A program made the translations under genes and the position numbers. Source: an uncultured Candidatus Saccharibacteria bacterium (GTDB lineage: Bacteria > Patescibacteriota > Minisyncoccia > Phycocordibacterales > PCTT01). From it: a DNA stretch of 64,000 nt. The stretch spans positions 16,463 to 80,462 of the forward strand of contig CAZMIM010000003.1 in the NCBI GenBank assembly GCA_964566505.1. Direction: 5' to 3'. Below the pieces are notes generated by a model that made no database searches, was not told the DNA's origin, and saw only the letters and a list, made by a program, of their open reading frames with translations. Positions within the stretch are counted from its first letter, which is position 1. Every line of letters begins with the position of its first letter. Below are positions 21,001 to 30,353 of this stretch, piece after piece.

Positions 21001-21715
21001 TGTTTCAGGAACAGTGGCTGATATTAAAGACGCAGGTCGCGGAGGAAAGATTATCGAGATTATTCCAGACGAGGAGTACAAGAAAAAGAAACTCAAAAAA
21101 GACGAGAGCGAGATGTACCAGTACCCAGTAAACCTACGACGAATGGTTCTTATCAAGAAGGGAGACCAAGTAGAAAAGGGTCAGATGCTTACTGACGGTT
21201 CTGCTGACCTCAAAGAACTATTCAAGTTTGCAGGAAAAGAGGCAACACAAAACTACATCATTCATGAGATTGGAAAGATTTATGAGGTGCAAGGTGCGCC
21301 AGTATCACGAAAACACATTGAGGTGATTATTCGACAAATGTTCTCACGAGCAAAAGTCAAAAACGCAGGTGATACAGACTTCTCAATCGGACAGGTTGTA
21401 GAAAATGCTGTACTAGAGCGAGTAAACACTAATGCAAAGGATGCAGGTCTAACTCCAGCAAAAGCAGACCCACTGATTATGGGAATTACAGAGGTTGCTC
21501 TGACACGACAAAGTTTCCTATCTGCAGCATCATTCCAGCACACTACTCGTATCCTTATCGATGCAGCAACAAGAGGAACAAAGGATCCACTAAATGGATT
21601 GAAAGAAAATATTATTATCGGACGATTGATTCCTGCAGGAACAGGATTTGAAGGAAGTCAGAAAGCGTCAATGATTGACGAACTGCACCAAGAAGCAGAA
21701 GAGAACGAAGAATAA
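18026..21715 (+). CDS. rpoC: DNA-directed RNA polymerase subunit beta prime
   Basis: N-terminal Zn finger CYCGKYRG..CEKCGV, catalytic NADFDGDQMAVH, trigger loop and bridge helix regions. Confidence 0.95.
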   Translation: MTQTYSQPGMKNPEDFDMMTIKLASPEKILEWSHGEVTKPETINYRTQRSEKNGLFDEKIFGPGKDYECYCGKYRGIRYKGITCEKCGVDVTRSIVRRERMGHIALASPVSHVWFLRSIPSRMALVLGVTSSALEKVIYFAGYIVTEVKEDERARILKELASEYKTKLKTLKDDKSKDALKEAYLSTKREIESIQKGSIIGDTEYGRFEMKYGTMFSADIGAEAIYNIFKGIDLSALITELETRYEKAGKGEREKINKRLTLLRSMHKAGIRPEWMFLQHIPILPPALRPMVALDGGRHATSDVNDLYRRVINRNNRLKKLQAINAPHVILRNEKRILQEAVDALIDNSIRRRTGSYMSGPGSRRPLKSLSDNLKGKQGIFRQNLLGKRVDYSGRSVIVVGPDLELDECGLPKHMALELFRPFIISELLERELAYNIRGANRLIDEGIPEVWAILEDVIKDKYVLLNRAPTLHRLGIQAFRPVLIEGLAIQVHPLVCTAFNADFDGDQMAVHVPLSKEAQLEAKEIMASDKNILKPGDGRPVPSAKMLDILLGCYWMTKMVPGKKGEGKIFPDPNHAISAFDYGEVDFRASIKVMATHHKKYEQFEGGLFETTVGRLLFNSVLPKDFPYINKEIDKSLMHSVVDELIEVYGTQRLPKILDKIKNFGFKYATFAGITWGLDDIQAPEEKEKIIADARKKVDEVVEQFNEGLLSSDERKRKSVEIWHKVKDDIEELIPNTLDDNGSVYDMWKSGARGSLSQITAMAGMKGLIANNKGETIEFPITTSSKEGHTPIEYFITTHGSRKGLTDTALNTAHAGYLTRRLFDVSQDVVVTEDDCKSKDSVTVREENLSGITVPLSKNASGRFLAADVKDAKGNTLFKKGDFLTKTDALAIEEAGVEEVEVRSPITCATKQGVCRLCYGVDHGTNEPVELGEAVGTVAAQAIGEPGTQLTMRTFHAGGAASVGGDITMGLPRVVEIFERRIPKNPAVISHVSGTVADIKDAGRGGKIIEIIPDEEYKKKKLKKDESEMYQYPVNLRRMVLIKKGDQVEKGQMLTDGSADLKELFKFAGKEATQNYIIHEIGKIYEVQGAPVSRKHIEVIIRQMFSRAKVKNAGDTDFSIGQVVENAVLERVNTNAKDAGLTPAKADPLIMGITEVALTRQSFLSAASFQHTTRILIDAATRGTKDPLNGLKENIIIGRLIPAGTGFEGSQKASMIDELHQEAEENEE

Positions 21716-21763
21716 GGTTCTTGGAAAAGCCGTGGTAGCACTACCACATCAAAAGATTGTGTA

Positions 21764-23503
21764 ATGTCTGACGTAGATCGTATAAAAGAACGACTCAGTA
21801 TTGTTGATGTGCTTTCCTCATATATAACGCTTGAAAAGGCGGGAATGGGATATAAAGCACGATGCCCTTTTCATGCTGAAAAAACTCCGTCATTTCACAT
21901 ATCTGCAGACCGTGGACTCTACTACTGTTTTGGGTGTGGTGCGAAGGGTGATATTTTCAGCTTCGTACAAGACTATGAAAGCACAGACTTTCAGGGAGCA
22001 CTTAAGATACTTGCGGACAAGGCGGGCATAGAGCTTTCAGGAGGACGCTCAGATGGAACAAGCAAAGACGAGCGAGACAGAATGCATAATGTGCTCGAGC
22101 GAGCGACATTGTTCTTTGAATCAAATATACGCGACAACAAAGTAGTACAAGACTATCTTCAGTCTCGTGGTATTAAACCTGATGCTGTTTCAAATTTCAG
22201 GATTGGATACGCGCCTGACTCATGGGATGCTCTGTATGAGCACTTGCTTAAAGAGGGTGTTATAGAGAAAGACATGGAGACAGTTGGTCTTATAAAGAGA
22301 AAGGAGAAGCAGACGGATAATTCTCGGGGGTATTATGATCGGTTTCGTAACCGTATTATGTTCCCAATCACTGATTCGAGCGGGCGAGTTGTTGGATTTT
22401 CTGGTAGAACACTTGATAAAAGCGACTCAGTTCCAAAATACATAAACTCACCAGAGACACCTCTTTATAACAAGTCTGATGTGCTCTTTGGTTACGACAA
22501 AGCGCGCGAGCATATCAAAAAGGCCAAGCAATGTATTTTGGTAGAAGGTCAGATTGATTTGGTACTTCTGCATCAAGAAGGCTTCCCATACTCTGTGGCA
22601 GTATCTGGTACAAGCTTTACCGGCTCTCACTTGAAAAAGATTATGAGACTTGCGAATACGCTGGTGCTCGCATTTGATAGAGACAGGGCAGGAGTGGCAT
22701 CAATGATGCGTTCTGCTACGCTAGCACTTTCAATGGGTATGGATGTAAAGACGCTTATATTTCCAGAGAAGAGTGACCCAGCAGATATTGTGAGCTCTGA
22801 CATTGAGAAGTGGAAGAAGATTCACAGAGAGGCGCTTCATGTAATAGATGTATTGCTTAGAGAAATAAGAGTTCGCGCATCAAGCGAGCGTGACTATTGG
22901 CTCCGTGTTTCAAAGCATGTACTTCCGCTTATCGCGGTAATGCCAAATGCAATTGATCGCTCACACTTTATAAAGAGAGTGCGTGAAGAGACAGATATAC
23001 CAGAAGATGCGGTAGCAAGTGAGATAGAGAAGCTTATGAAGGGCGCTGTACAAAAGGAAAAAGTAGAGGCGCCACAGAATGCTACTCAAAAACCTTTTGT
23101 TTCTAGAAAAGAATCTATTCTAAAGACACTACACGCTATTATTCTTTGGCAAGACACATCAAAGGAAGGCAGTATTGACACAAAGGTTCTTGTAAATAAT
23201 ATTCAAGAGATTGTAGGTGAGGGAGCTTCGGCACCACCGTCTGAAGAAGAACTTAATGAATATGTTTTTAGGGCAGAGCAGTTTTATGAAAACAATGATT
23301 CATTAGAGAAAGATGTAGAAGAGCTAGTTCTTGGACTTAGGGAAGAATCTATCACAGAGCGTTTAGGAGAGCTTACAAAGGAAATACGTTCTGCTGAGAA
23401 AGATAAAAATATTGAATTGAAGAAGCAATTATTAGCTAATTACCAAGAATTATCAGTCTCATTAGAGAATGTAAAACAAGAGATAAAAAGTCGAATTATT
23501 TAA
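21764..23503 (+). CDS. dnaG: DNA primase
   Basis: CHC2 zinc finger (CPFHAEKTPSF...YYCFGCGAKGD), TOPRIM domain (ILVEGQIDLV); C-terminal helical region. Confidence 0.9.
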   Translation: MSDVDRIKERLSIVDVLSSYITLEKAGMGYKARCPFHAEKTPSFHISADRGLYYCFGCGAKGDIFSFVQDYESTDFQGALKILADKAGIELSGGRSDGTSKDERDRMHNVLERATLFFESNIRDNKVVQDYLQSRGIKPDAVSNFRIGYAPDSWDALYEHLLKEGVIEKDMETVGLIKRKEKQTDNSRGYYDRFRNRIMFPITDSSGRVVGFSGRTLDKSDSVPKYINSPETPLYNKSDVLFGYDKAREHIKKAKQCILVEGQIDLVLLHQEGFPYSVAVSGTSFTGSHLKKIMRLANTLVLAFDRDRAGVASMMRSATLALSMGMDVKTLIFPEKSDPADIVSSDIEKWKKIHREALHVIDVLLREIRVRASSERDYWLRVSKHVLPLIAVMPNAIDRSHFIKRVREETDIPEDAVASEIEKLMKGAVQKEKVEAPQNATQKPFVSRKESILKTLHAIILWQDTSKEGSIDTKVLVNNIQEIVGEGASAPPSEEELNEYVFRAEQFYENNDSLEKDVEELVLGLREESITERLGELTKEIRSAEKDKNIELKKQLLANYQELSVSLENVKQEIKSRII

Positions 23504-23512
23504 TATATACAA

Positions 23513-24940
23513 ATGGCAAAAGCAAAAACAACCACAAAAAAGAATACTAAGTCTAAAGCAAAAAAATCTACAAAGACTACTAAAAAAGCGGTCAAAACCC
23601 GCCTGAAACGACGCGTAGTCGGGCAGGAAACCGTAAAGAAGGTAGCAAAAAAGTCTAGCAAAAAAGCTACGCCAAAGAAAAAAACAACCATAAAAAAGAA
23701 AGCTACACCAAAAAAGAAGGTAGCTAAGAAAAAAACAACAACTAAGAAAAAGAGTGTTACAAAAAAAGCTGTGAAAAAGACAGCTAAAGCGGCTACACCA
23801 AAAAAGAAAGTTGCAAAAAAGACAGCAACTAAAAAGGAAAAAGTTTTAACACCAAAACAAAAGCGTGCTGAACGAAGAAAGAAAGAGAAAATCAAACTTC
23901 TAACTGGAATGGGGCAGGAGAGAGGCTTTGTTACATACGATGAGATTCTAAAAGTATTTAATACTATTGAGGATGATATTGTTCTTCTTGAAGAAATATA
24001 TGAGACATTCAATGAAGTAGGTATTGATGTTATTGAAGGAGGAGGACTTCTTTCTCTTGGAAATGAAGATGATGATAGTTCTAGTCCATATAAATCAAAA
24101 GGTTCGTCTGTACATGACTCTATTCAGATGTATTTAAAGGAGATTGGTAAGTATGAGCTCATTGATGCAGATATGGAGAAAGATCTTGCGCGTCGTATTG
24201 AGGCGGGAGATGAAGAGGCAAAGAATGTTTTGGCACGAGCAAACCTTCGTCTTGTGGTATCTATTGCAAAGAAATATGCATCTCGAAGCTCAAACCTAAC
24301 ACTTCTTGATCTTATCCAAGAAGGTAACCTAGGACTCTTTAAAGCGGTAGATAAATTCGACTATTCTCGAGGATTTAAATTCTCAACATATGCTACATGG
24401 TGGATTCGCCAAGCTATCACTCGGGCGCTTGCAGACCAGTCACGAACTATTCGTATTCCTGTTCACATGGTGGAGACGATTGCAAAATACAAAAGAGTGG
24501 TGCGACAGCTATCACAAGACCTTGGACGCGACCCGCTTCCTGAGGAGATTGCAATGGAGATGGGGCTTGATATCAAGAAGATTCACACCATTGAAAAGAT
24601 TAAGCAAAACACAGTATCACTTGAAACTCCCGTAGGAGACGCAAGCGACGACAGCTCAACTCTAGGGGACTTTATTGCGGATGAGCATTTGGACTCACCA
24701 GACAAAGAAGCATCACACAGAATTCTTCAAGAGCATGTAACGCAGATTCTTGATGATCTTACGCCAAAAGAGCGAAAGATTCTCGAGATGCGCGTTGGAC
24801 TTACTGACGGTATCTCTCACACACTTGAAGAGGTAGGTAAAGAATTCTCAGTGACTCGTGAGCGTATCAGACAGATTGAAGCAAAGGCCCATGAAAAAAT
24901 AAGACAACACGAAAAATCTCAGTGGCTTAAGAACTTTTAA
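23513..24940 (+). CDS. rpoD: RNA polymerase sigma factor (sigma-70/RpoD family) with lysine-rich N-terminal extension
   Basis: Regions 1.2-4.2 present ([67 protein letters not shown]). The first 120 or so aa are AKK/PKK repeats instead of an acidic region 1.1. Confidence 0.88.
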   Translation: MAKAKTTTKKNTKSKAKKSTKTTKKAVKTRLKRRVVGQETVKKVAKKSSKKATPKKKTTIKKKATPKKKVAKKKTTTKKKSVTKKAVKKTAKAATPKKKVAKKTATKKEKVLTPKQKRAERRKKEKIKLLTGMGQERGFVTYDEILKVFNTIEDDIVLLEEIYETFNEVGIDVIEGGGLLSLGNEDDDSSSPYKSKGSSVHDSIQMYLKEIGKYELIDADMEKDLARRIEAGDEEAKNVLARANLRLVVSIAKKYASRSSNLTLLDLIQEGNLGLFKAVDKFDYSRGFKFSTYATWWIRQAITRALADQSRTIRIPVHMVETIAKYKRVVRQLSQDLGRDPLPEEIAMEMGLDIKKIHTIEKIKQNTVSLETPVGDASDDSSTLGDFIADEHLDSPDKEASHRILQEHVTQILDDLTPKERKILEMRVGLTDGISHTLEEVGKEFSVTRERIRQIEAKAHEKIRQHEKSQWLKNF

Positions 24941-24944
24941 GGTA

Positions 24945-24980
24945 AAAACGGCTCATCTTCTAGAAGATGAGCCGTTTGTT
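24945..24980 (+). terminator. intrinsic terminator hairpin AAACGGCTCATCTTC-TAGA-GAAGATGAGCCGTTTGTT
   Basis: Perfect 15-bp stem plus T-rich tail immediately after the rpoD stop codon. Member of the dispersed GCTCA..TGAGC hairpin family. Confidence 0.75.
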
Positions 24981-24985
24981 ATAAT

Positions 24986-27979
24986 GTGTATATGAGTAAT
25001 TCAGGGGTGTTTACAAAACTCTATAATGGCCTCAACAAAGCCCAAAAGAAAGCCGTTGATACCATAGATGGTCCTGTGATGGTGGTTGCTGGGCCTGGAA
25101 CAGGTAAAACTACTGTTTTAACGCTTCGTATAGCAAATATACTTTTGCAAACAGATACAGCGCCTGAGCAGATTATCGCGCTTACATTTACAGAATCAGG
25201 AGTAGTGTCGATGCGTAAAAAACTCTATTCAATAATTGGAGCTGACGCATACAGAGTGCATATTCATACATTCCATAGTTTTTCTAATGAGGTAATAGGG
25301 AGGTTTCCTGATTATTTTCCACGTATTATTGGTTCACGTCCTGCAACAGAAATAGACACTATTCGTATTGTAGAAGAGGTTTTGGAAAATGGAACTTTTG
25401 AAAAACTGCGACCATATGGAGATAGTTCATATTATGTACGACCGATTCTCTCTGCAATATCACACCTAAAGCGTGATGCTGTTACTCCTGATGCTTTTTC
25501 TGAAATAACAAAAGAAGAAAAAGAAGCCTTTGAATCAACGCCAGATCTATATTATGAAAGCGGTGTTCATGTTGGGAAAATGCGTGGAAAATATACTCGT
25601 CAGGCAAAATATATCGAAAAAAACGAAGAGCTTGAGGTGGTGTATCGTGAATATGAAGACGCTCTCCAAAGACAAAGCCTCTATGACTTTGACGACATGA
25701 TTCTTGAGGTAATAAAGAAAATGGAATCAGACGATGAGTTTAAACTTGTTCTCCAAGAGGAGTATCAATATGTTTTGGCTGATGAGCATCAAGACGCAAA
25801 CAATTCACAAAATACACTACTAGAGCTTTTGTGCGACTTTTATGAAAGACCGAATCTATTTATTGTGGGAGATGAGAAGCAAGCTATTTTCCGCTTTCAA
25901 GGCGCATCGCTTGAGAACTTTTTATACTTTAAAGATCGCTATGAAGATGTAGAGCTTATTGCGCTTACTCACAACTATCGCTCTACACAAACTGTATTGG
26001 ACAGTGCTCATGAGCTAATACAAAACAACAAAGAGCTTGATCATGTTCCTTTGGTGAGTGCTAAATCTCTTTTAGAGCAAGACATACGGCTTTCTATTTA
26101 TCCGCATGTACACGATGAATACGCGGGTCTTGTGTCTAATATATTGGAGCTTCAGGAAAAAGGAGTACAGCTAGATGAGATTGCTGTTTTGTTTCGAGAC
26201 AACAAAGAAGCACTTATGATTGCCCCATATTTTGATAGAGCAGGCATCACATACTCTGTGGCTGGTGATATGGCGCTCTTTTCAAATGAAGATATAACAA
26301 AGCTGGTAACAATTATTCGTGCAGTTTCTGCAGGAAATGATGAACGGCTACTACTAGAGATGCTATCTGTAGATTTTCTTGGCGTGCATCATATAGATGT
26401 ATATAAAGCGCTTGAATATGCGAGAAAGGATAAAAAGACTCTTCTTGAGGTGCTTCTTGATAAAAAACTTCTTTCGCGCGCTAACGTTAAGGATGTAGAT
26501 ACTATTTGTGGTGTGGCAGAGCTTTTTGATAGGTTTGTTTCAAAAGCAAAAAACAAATCACTTCTTTCTGTTTTGGAGCTTATCGCTCGAGAGTCTGGAT
26601 TTATTGATAGCCTTTTGGGTAATAGTGGTTCTGTGGAGAGGTTGAAGTTTGTGGATGGTTTGTATCGCGAGGCAGAGAATGTTTCAAAGAGCAACGAAGA
26701 AGCAAAGCTTGCTGATTTTGTGGAGTATATAGACATGCTTGGTGCGTACAATATACGCCCAACGGTTTCATCTCCACGTACAGATGGAGTAAGGCTTATG
26801 ACCGCACACAAATCAAAAGGATTAGAGTTTGATTATGTTTTCATTTCAGGACTTGTGGACGGTGTATGGGGAGGAAGACGTTCTAGAACACTTTTTGAAA
26901 CCACTGATTCTCGTGTCGCTCTCTCATCATCTACAGAAGACGATGATGAGCGCAGGCTCCTTTATGTAGCGCTCACACGAGCACGACAAGGTGTGTATTT
27001 GAGCTATCCGCTACAAGATGGAGATAGTAGAGATAGAATCGCTTCTCGGTTTATTGGAGAGCTCAAAGATGAGCTTATAGACTCTGTAGAGATAGAGGCT
27101 GATACCAAAACAATTGAAAAGAAATATCATAAGCGTGTTGATACGCGAGCAAGCGTATATGAAAAAGAATATGTACAAAAGCGTTTCTTAGAACGAGGTC
27201 TTTCTGTAACGGGTATAAACAACTACTTATCATGTCCGTGGAAATATTTTTATCAAAATATTGTTCGTATTCCTACTCCTCAAAATAAGTTTTTGATATT
27301 TGGTACGGCAGTGCATAAGGCGCTTCGGTACTATTTTGACGCACACAAAGAGGGGAAAGATATCTCACCTGAAGATGCATATAAATATTTTGTGGATGTT
27401 CTGCCAAGCTATCTTATGTCACGAACAGATTATCGCGAGCTAAAAACAAAAGGAGAAAAGGCAATCATTGGGTATCTACAATCAGCAAAAGAAGGTTGGG
27501 AAAAGGATATACATAATGAGCTTCGTATCAATGGAATTATGCTTCCTGTGAAATATAAAAAGGAGAATTTTGAAGTGCCACTTACTGGTGCTCTTGATAA
27601 AGTTGTAGTAGGGGATGATGGTCTGCGTGTGGTTGACTATAAGACAGGAAAGCCAAAGTCACGAAATGACATAGAAGGTAAAACAAAATCATCTAATGGG
27701 GACTATAAAAGACAGCTTGTCTTTTATAAACTTCTTCTTGATGAGTACAGAAATGGGAAGTTTAATATGACAGAGGGTGAGATTTCTTTTGTAGAGCCTG
27801 ACCCCAAGGGAGAGTATAGACATGAGGTATTTGAAGTTACTTCTGATGAGGTTCGGGAGCTTAAAGAGCAAGCACAAGAAGTGGCTGGAGAGATATATAC
27901 GCTAGCCTTTTGGAATAAGCGATGCGATGACAAAGATTGTGATTTTTGTGCACTTCGTAACAAAACAATTCAAAAATAA
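24986..27979 (+). CDS. UvrD/PcrA-type superfamily 1 helicase fused to a C-terminal PD-(D/E)xK nuclease with an Fe-S cysteine cluster (AddA/AddB-like)
   Basis: Walker A AGPGTGKTT, UvrD motifs through 26.9 kb. C-terminal VDYKTGKPK, QLVFYKLL (QhxxY) and CPWKY...CDDKDCDFC form a Cas4/AddB-like 4-Cys nuclease module. The ATG at 24992 is the probable true start. Confidence 0.75.
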   Translation: MYMSNSGVFTKLYNGLNKAQKKAVDTIDGPVMVVAGPGTGKTTVLTLRIANILLQTDTAPEQIIALTFTESGVVSMRKKLYSIIGADAYRVHIHTFHSFSNEVIGRFPDYFPRIIGSRPATEIDTIRIVEEVLENGTFEKLRPYGDSSYYVRPILSAISHLKRDAVTPDAFSEITKEEKEAFESTPDLYYESGVHVGKMRGKYTRQAKYIEKNEELEVVYREYEDALQRQSLYDFDDMILEVIKKMESDDEFKLVLQEEYQYVLADEHQDANNSQNTLLELLCDFYERPNLFIVGDEKQAIFRFQGASLENFLYFKDRYEDVELIALTHNYRSTQTVLDSAHELIQNNKELDHVPLVSAKSLLEQDIRLSIYPHVHDEYAGLVSNILELQEKGVQLDEIAVLFRDNKEALMIAPYFDRAGITYSVAGDMALFSNEDITKLVTIIRAVSAGNDERLLLEMLSVDFLGVHHIDVYKALEYARKDKKTLLEVLLDKKLLSRANVKDVDTICGVAELFDRFVSKAKNKSLLSVLELIARESGFIDSLLGNSGSVERLKFVDGLYREAENVSKSNEEAKLADFVEYIDMLGAYNIRPTVSSPRTDGVRLMTAHKSKGLEFDYVFISGLVDGVWGGRRSRTLFETTDSRVALSSSTEDDDERRLLYVALTRARQGVYLSYPLQDGDSRDRIASRFIGELKDELIDSVEIEADTKTIEKKYHKRVDTRASVYEKEYVQKRFLERGLSVTGINNYLSCPWKYFYQNIVRIPTPQNKFLIFGTAVHKALRYYFDAHKEGKDISPEDAYKYFVDVLPSYLMSRTDYRELKTKGEKAIIGYLQSAKEGWEKDIHNELRINGIMLPVKYKKENFEVPLTGALDKVVVGDDGLRVVDYKTGKPKSRNDIEGKTKSSNGDYKRQLVFYKLLLDEYRNGKFNMTEGEISFVEPDPKGEYRHEVFEVTSDEVRELKEQAQEVAGEIYTLAFWNKRCDDKDCDFCALRNKTIQK

Positions 27980-27982
27980 AAA

Positions 27983-28010
27983 AGACACTCATTTCTGAGT
28001 GTCTTTTTTA
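27983..28010. terminator. bidirectional intrinsic terminator AGACACTCA-TTTC-TGAGTGTCT with T-run
   Basis: Perfect 9-bp stem with an A-run before and a T-run after. Sits between the convergent helicase and dsbA-like genes. Confidence 0.75.
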
Positions 28011-28018
28011 TGAGAATA

Positions 28019-28813
28019 TTATTGCTCTCTGTCTATCAATAGCTCAATTATTGATATAACAGCGCTTCTTTGAAGTCCTCCACTAAATGAGATTCGCATT
28101 CTGTCGTCTGAGATTTGAACAGAGTTTGGTGGGAACTGTGAACGAATGTCTTGAAGCTCTGTAAATACTTCTTCTGAGAAAGGCTCTTTTACAGTAAACA
28201 CATTGAACGGAGTTCCTCGTCCTCCTGCATCTATTGCGTCTTCAAGGTGTGCATCAACAAAATCATTGTGTCGTCCACTGTCTTGGCACTCATTGAATGC
28301 ATCTACATCAAGCCCTACGTATTCTGCAATCTCTGGAAGTAGGTCGAGATCAAGTCCGTTGTTTCCTGGTGTAATCTCAAAGAGCCGGTCTGAGTATGCC
28401 CAGAATGCTTCGTTTCCTCCTTGCTCATATGCACATTCAGCTGCATGCGCTTCCCGTACTGCTTTTGGATGAATATTTTTAAGTGGGAAGTGTCGGAACA
28501 CCCATGCAAAATCATTTGTTCCTTCGTATTGCTCCACAACCTCCATAAGTGTTGAGTGGAATTGCTTACAGAAAGGACACTCGAAGTCTGAGTACTCTAC
28601 TAGCACCACCGATGCATCCATGTTTCCAACAATTCGGTCATTTTCTGTAACTGGTTCAATAGAAAGAGCTACTGTGCCAGATGGACTTGTGTTATTGTCT
28701 GGATTTCCTCCATTGTCTGGATTTGAAAATATTGTTCCAAGCGCAATAAGTGCACCTGCCACTACAATCGCTCCGGCGATAAGATATGTATTTGTCTGTT
28801 GATTACTGTTCAT
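28019..28813 (-). CDS. DsbA-family thiol:disulfide oxidoreductase, membrane-anchored
   Basis: CPFC active site within a thioredoxin fold; N-terminal TM helix; 264 aa. Confidence 0.75.
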   Translation of the reverse strand: MNSNQQTNTYLIAGAIVVAGALIALGTIFSNPDNGGNPDNNTSPSGTVALSIEPVTENDRIVGNMDASVVLVEYSDFECPFCKQFHSTLMEVVEQYEGTNDFAWVFRHFPLKNIHPKAVREAHAAECAYEQGGNEAFWAYSDRLFEITPGNNGLDLDLLPEIAEYVGLDVDAFNECQDSGRHNDFVDAHLEDAIDAGGRGTPFNVFTVKEPFSEEVFTELQDIRSQFPPNSVQISDDRMRISFSGGLQRSAVISIIELLIDREQ

Positions 28814-28855
28814 AAAAGGCTATTATGTTTATAGTATTCTAAATATATCACAATT

Positions 28856-29473
28856 ATGGATTCCAAAGATAACAACAACATAAACAAAAAGTACGAAGTT
28901 TCCTTTGTAAAGGGTGTTATTGGCGATGATGAAATAATTGGCTCTGATATACCACAAATTGCTTTTGTGGGTCGTTCAAATGTAGGGAAATCAAGCACTA
29001 TTAATGCTCTATTGGGAGAAAAAGTTGCGTATCCTAGCAACACTCCAGGAAAGACAAGCGAAATAAACTATTTCTCTGTTACAGAAGGGGAGAATCATTG
29101 GTATGTAGTGGACCTTCCAGGATATGGGTTTGCACGTGTTAGCCAAAAAGCAGCAGAGAAATTCCGAAAAAGAATCATTTGGTATATCGCCGAGTCCGGA
29201 GCACGACCGGAGTATGTTGTCTTGGTTGTAGATTCGCGCAGAGGCATCACAGACCTTGACGCTGATATGCTCGAGATTCTTCGCGATGAGGGACATAATG
29301 CTGTTGTGGTGCTAAATAAAGTAGACAAGCTCAATCAAAAAGAGCGCGTAGTGCTTTTGCGAGACGCGGGGCATGAGCTCGAGTCGCTTGCTATGAGCAA
29401 CATTCCACTATTTGAGTGTTCAGCCCAAAATGGAAAGGGAATAGACAAACTAAAAACCTTCCTCTTCTCCTAA
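28856..29473 (+). CDS. engB: ribosome biogenesis GTPase EngB/YsxC/YihA
   Basis: G1 GRSNVGKSS, G3 DLPGYG, G4 NKVDK. Confidence 0.85.
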   Translation: MDSKDNNNINKKYEVSFVKGVIGDDEIIGSDIPQIAFVGRSNVGKSSTINALLGEKVAYPSNTPGKTSEINYFSVTEGENHWYVVDLPGYGFARVSQKAAEKFRKRIIWYIAESGARPEYVVLVVDSRRGITDLDADMLEILRDEGHNAVVVLNKVDKLNQKERVVLLRDAGHELESLAMSNIPLFECSAQNGKGIDKLKTFLFS

Positions 29474-29571
29474 AACCCCACACATAATTGTAAATTATAG
29501 AGTGGGAGAGTCAGACTCTCACACTCTAGTTTGGGGAAGTCTGACTCTCCCAAACAAAGAAAAACCACCCT

Positions 29572-29784
29572 TTAAGTGGTTTTTCTAAAAGGGTGGTAGA
29601 TTGAACCCAACATATAGATGATTGCTCCAAAAAATAGCGCAAATCCAATTTTCGGGTTTGAAAACATAAGACCATCAACGGCATTTCGGTAGTACTCAAT
29701 CTCATAGAATGGATTGAGATCTGACATGTTCAAAAGAACAAATGCGCAAAGGGTAAGGAAGAATCCGTGCAAAATTGCTTTCAT
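29572..29784 (-). CDS. small membrane protein, hypothetical
   Basis: 70 aa, two hydrophobic helices; no recognisable motif. Confidence 0.35.
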   Translation of the reverse strand: MKAILHGFFLTLCAFVLLNMSDLNPFYEIEYYRNAVDGLMFSNPKIGFALFFGAIIYMLGSIYHPFRKTT

Positions 29785-29840
29785 GATGGTCCGGTTTTAT
29801 TTGAAGGAGTTTCTAATATTTAATGTAGCATTTTCTAAAA

Positions 29841-29870
29841 AGAAAAACCACCGAAGTTATTTTTCGGTGG
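29841..29870 (-). terminator. intrinsic terminator (CCACCGAA-GTTATTT-TTCGGTGG) for the membrane-protein gene at 29879-30220
   Basis: 8-bp stem preceded on the plus strand by an A-run, which is a T-run on the minus strand. Confidence 0.6.
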
Positions 29871-29878
29871 TTGGGCTT

Positions 29879-30220
29879 TTATTCAAATGTGACTTCTACA
29901 TCAGTGTCTCCTAACATCATAAATTTGGTAATGAAGTAAGGACCAGCCATTCCAACTAATGCAGAAATTACTGATGGGAAGAAATAAATGAGTGCTGCAC
30001 AGAGAACCCATATAACAGCAATTAAAGCTGTTTCAACTCCCGACGGCCGATTTTTTTGAGGGGTAACCACAAACAATTTGATGTTGTAGTAGGCAACAAA
30101 AATTCCGACAATAATAACCAATAGTGCTGGTGCACTATTTATGATTAAGCCGATGCCGAGCATTGCTGCAATAATTGCTATAAGGTTAACACCTTGGATT
30201 GGTTCTCGGGTAACTTCCAT
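29879..30220 (-). CDS. membrane protein, hypothetical
   Basis: 113 aa, three or four TM helices. Confidence 0.4.
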   Translation of the reverse strand: MEVTREPIQGVNLIAIIAAMLGIGLIINSAPALLVIIVGIFVAYYNIKLFVVTPQKNRPSGVETALIAVIWVLCAALIYFFPSVISALVGMAGPYFITKFMMLGDTDVEVTFE

Positions 30221-30353
30221 AAGTGGTTTCTGTTTTTTTGAAAATGGTGCGAAACTATCAGGATAATACCATTAATTTTAGTTTATGAAAAGGGTAGGAT
30301 AGTCTAGTTTTCACATCTTTCCAAAGAAAGAAAAACCACCTGAATGGGTGGTT

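Noticed and set aside
23520-23900. Periodic AAAAAG / AAGAAA DNA repeats as a possible tandem-repeat or CRISPR-like array
   Set aside because: The repeats are in frame, encode the Lys-rich tail of RpoD, and lack unique spacers. Coding low complexity, not an array.
23500-24012. 170-aa Phe/Val-rich minus-strand ORF
   Set aside because: Antisense to the AAG/AAA-rich lysine-tail region of rpoD. This is a reverse-complement artefact of a homopolymeric codon repeat.
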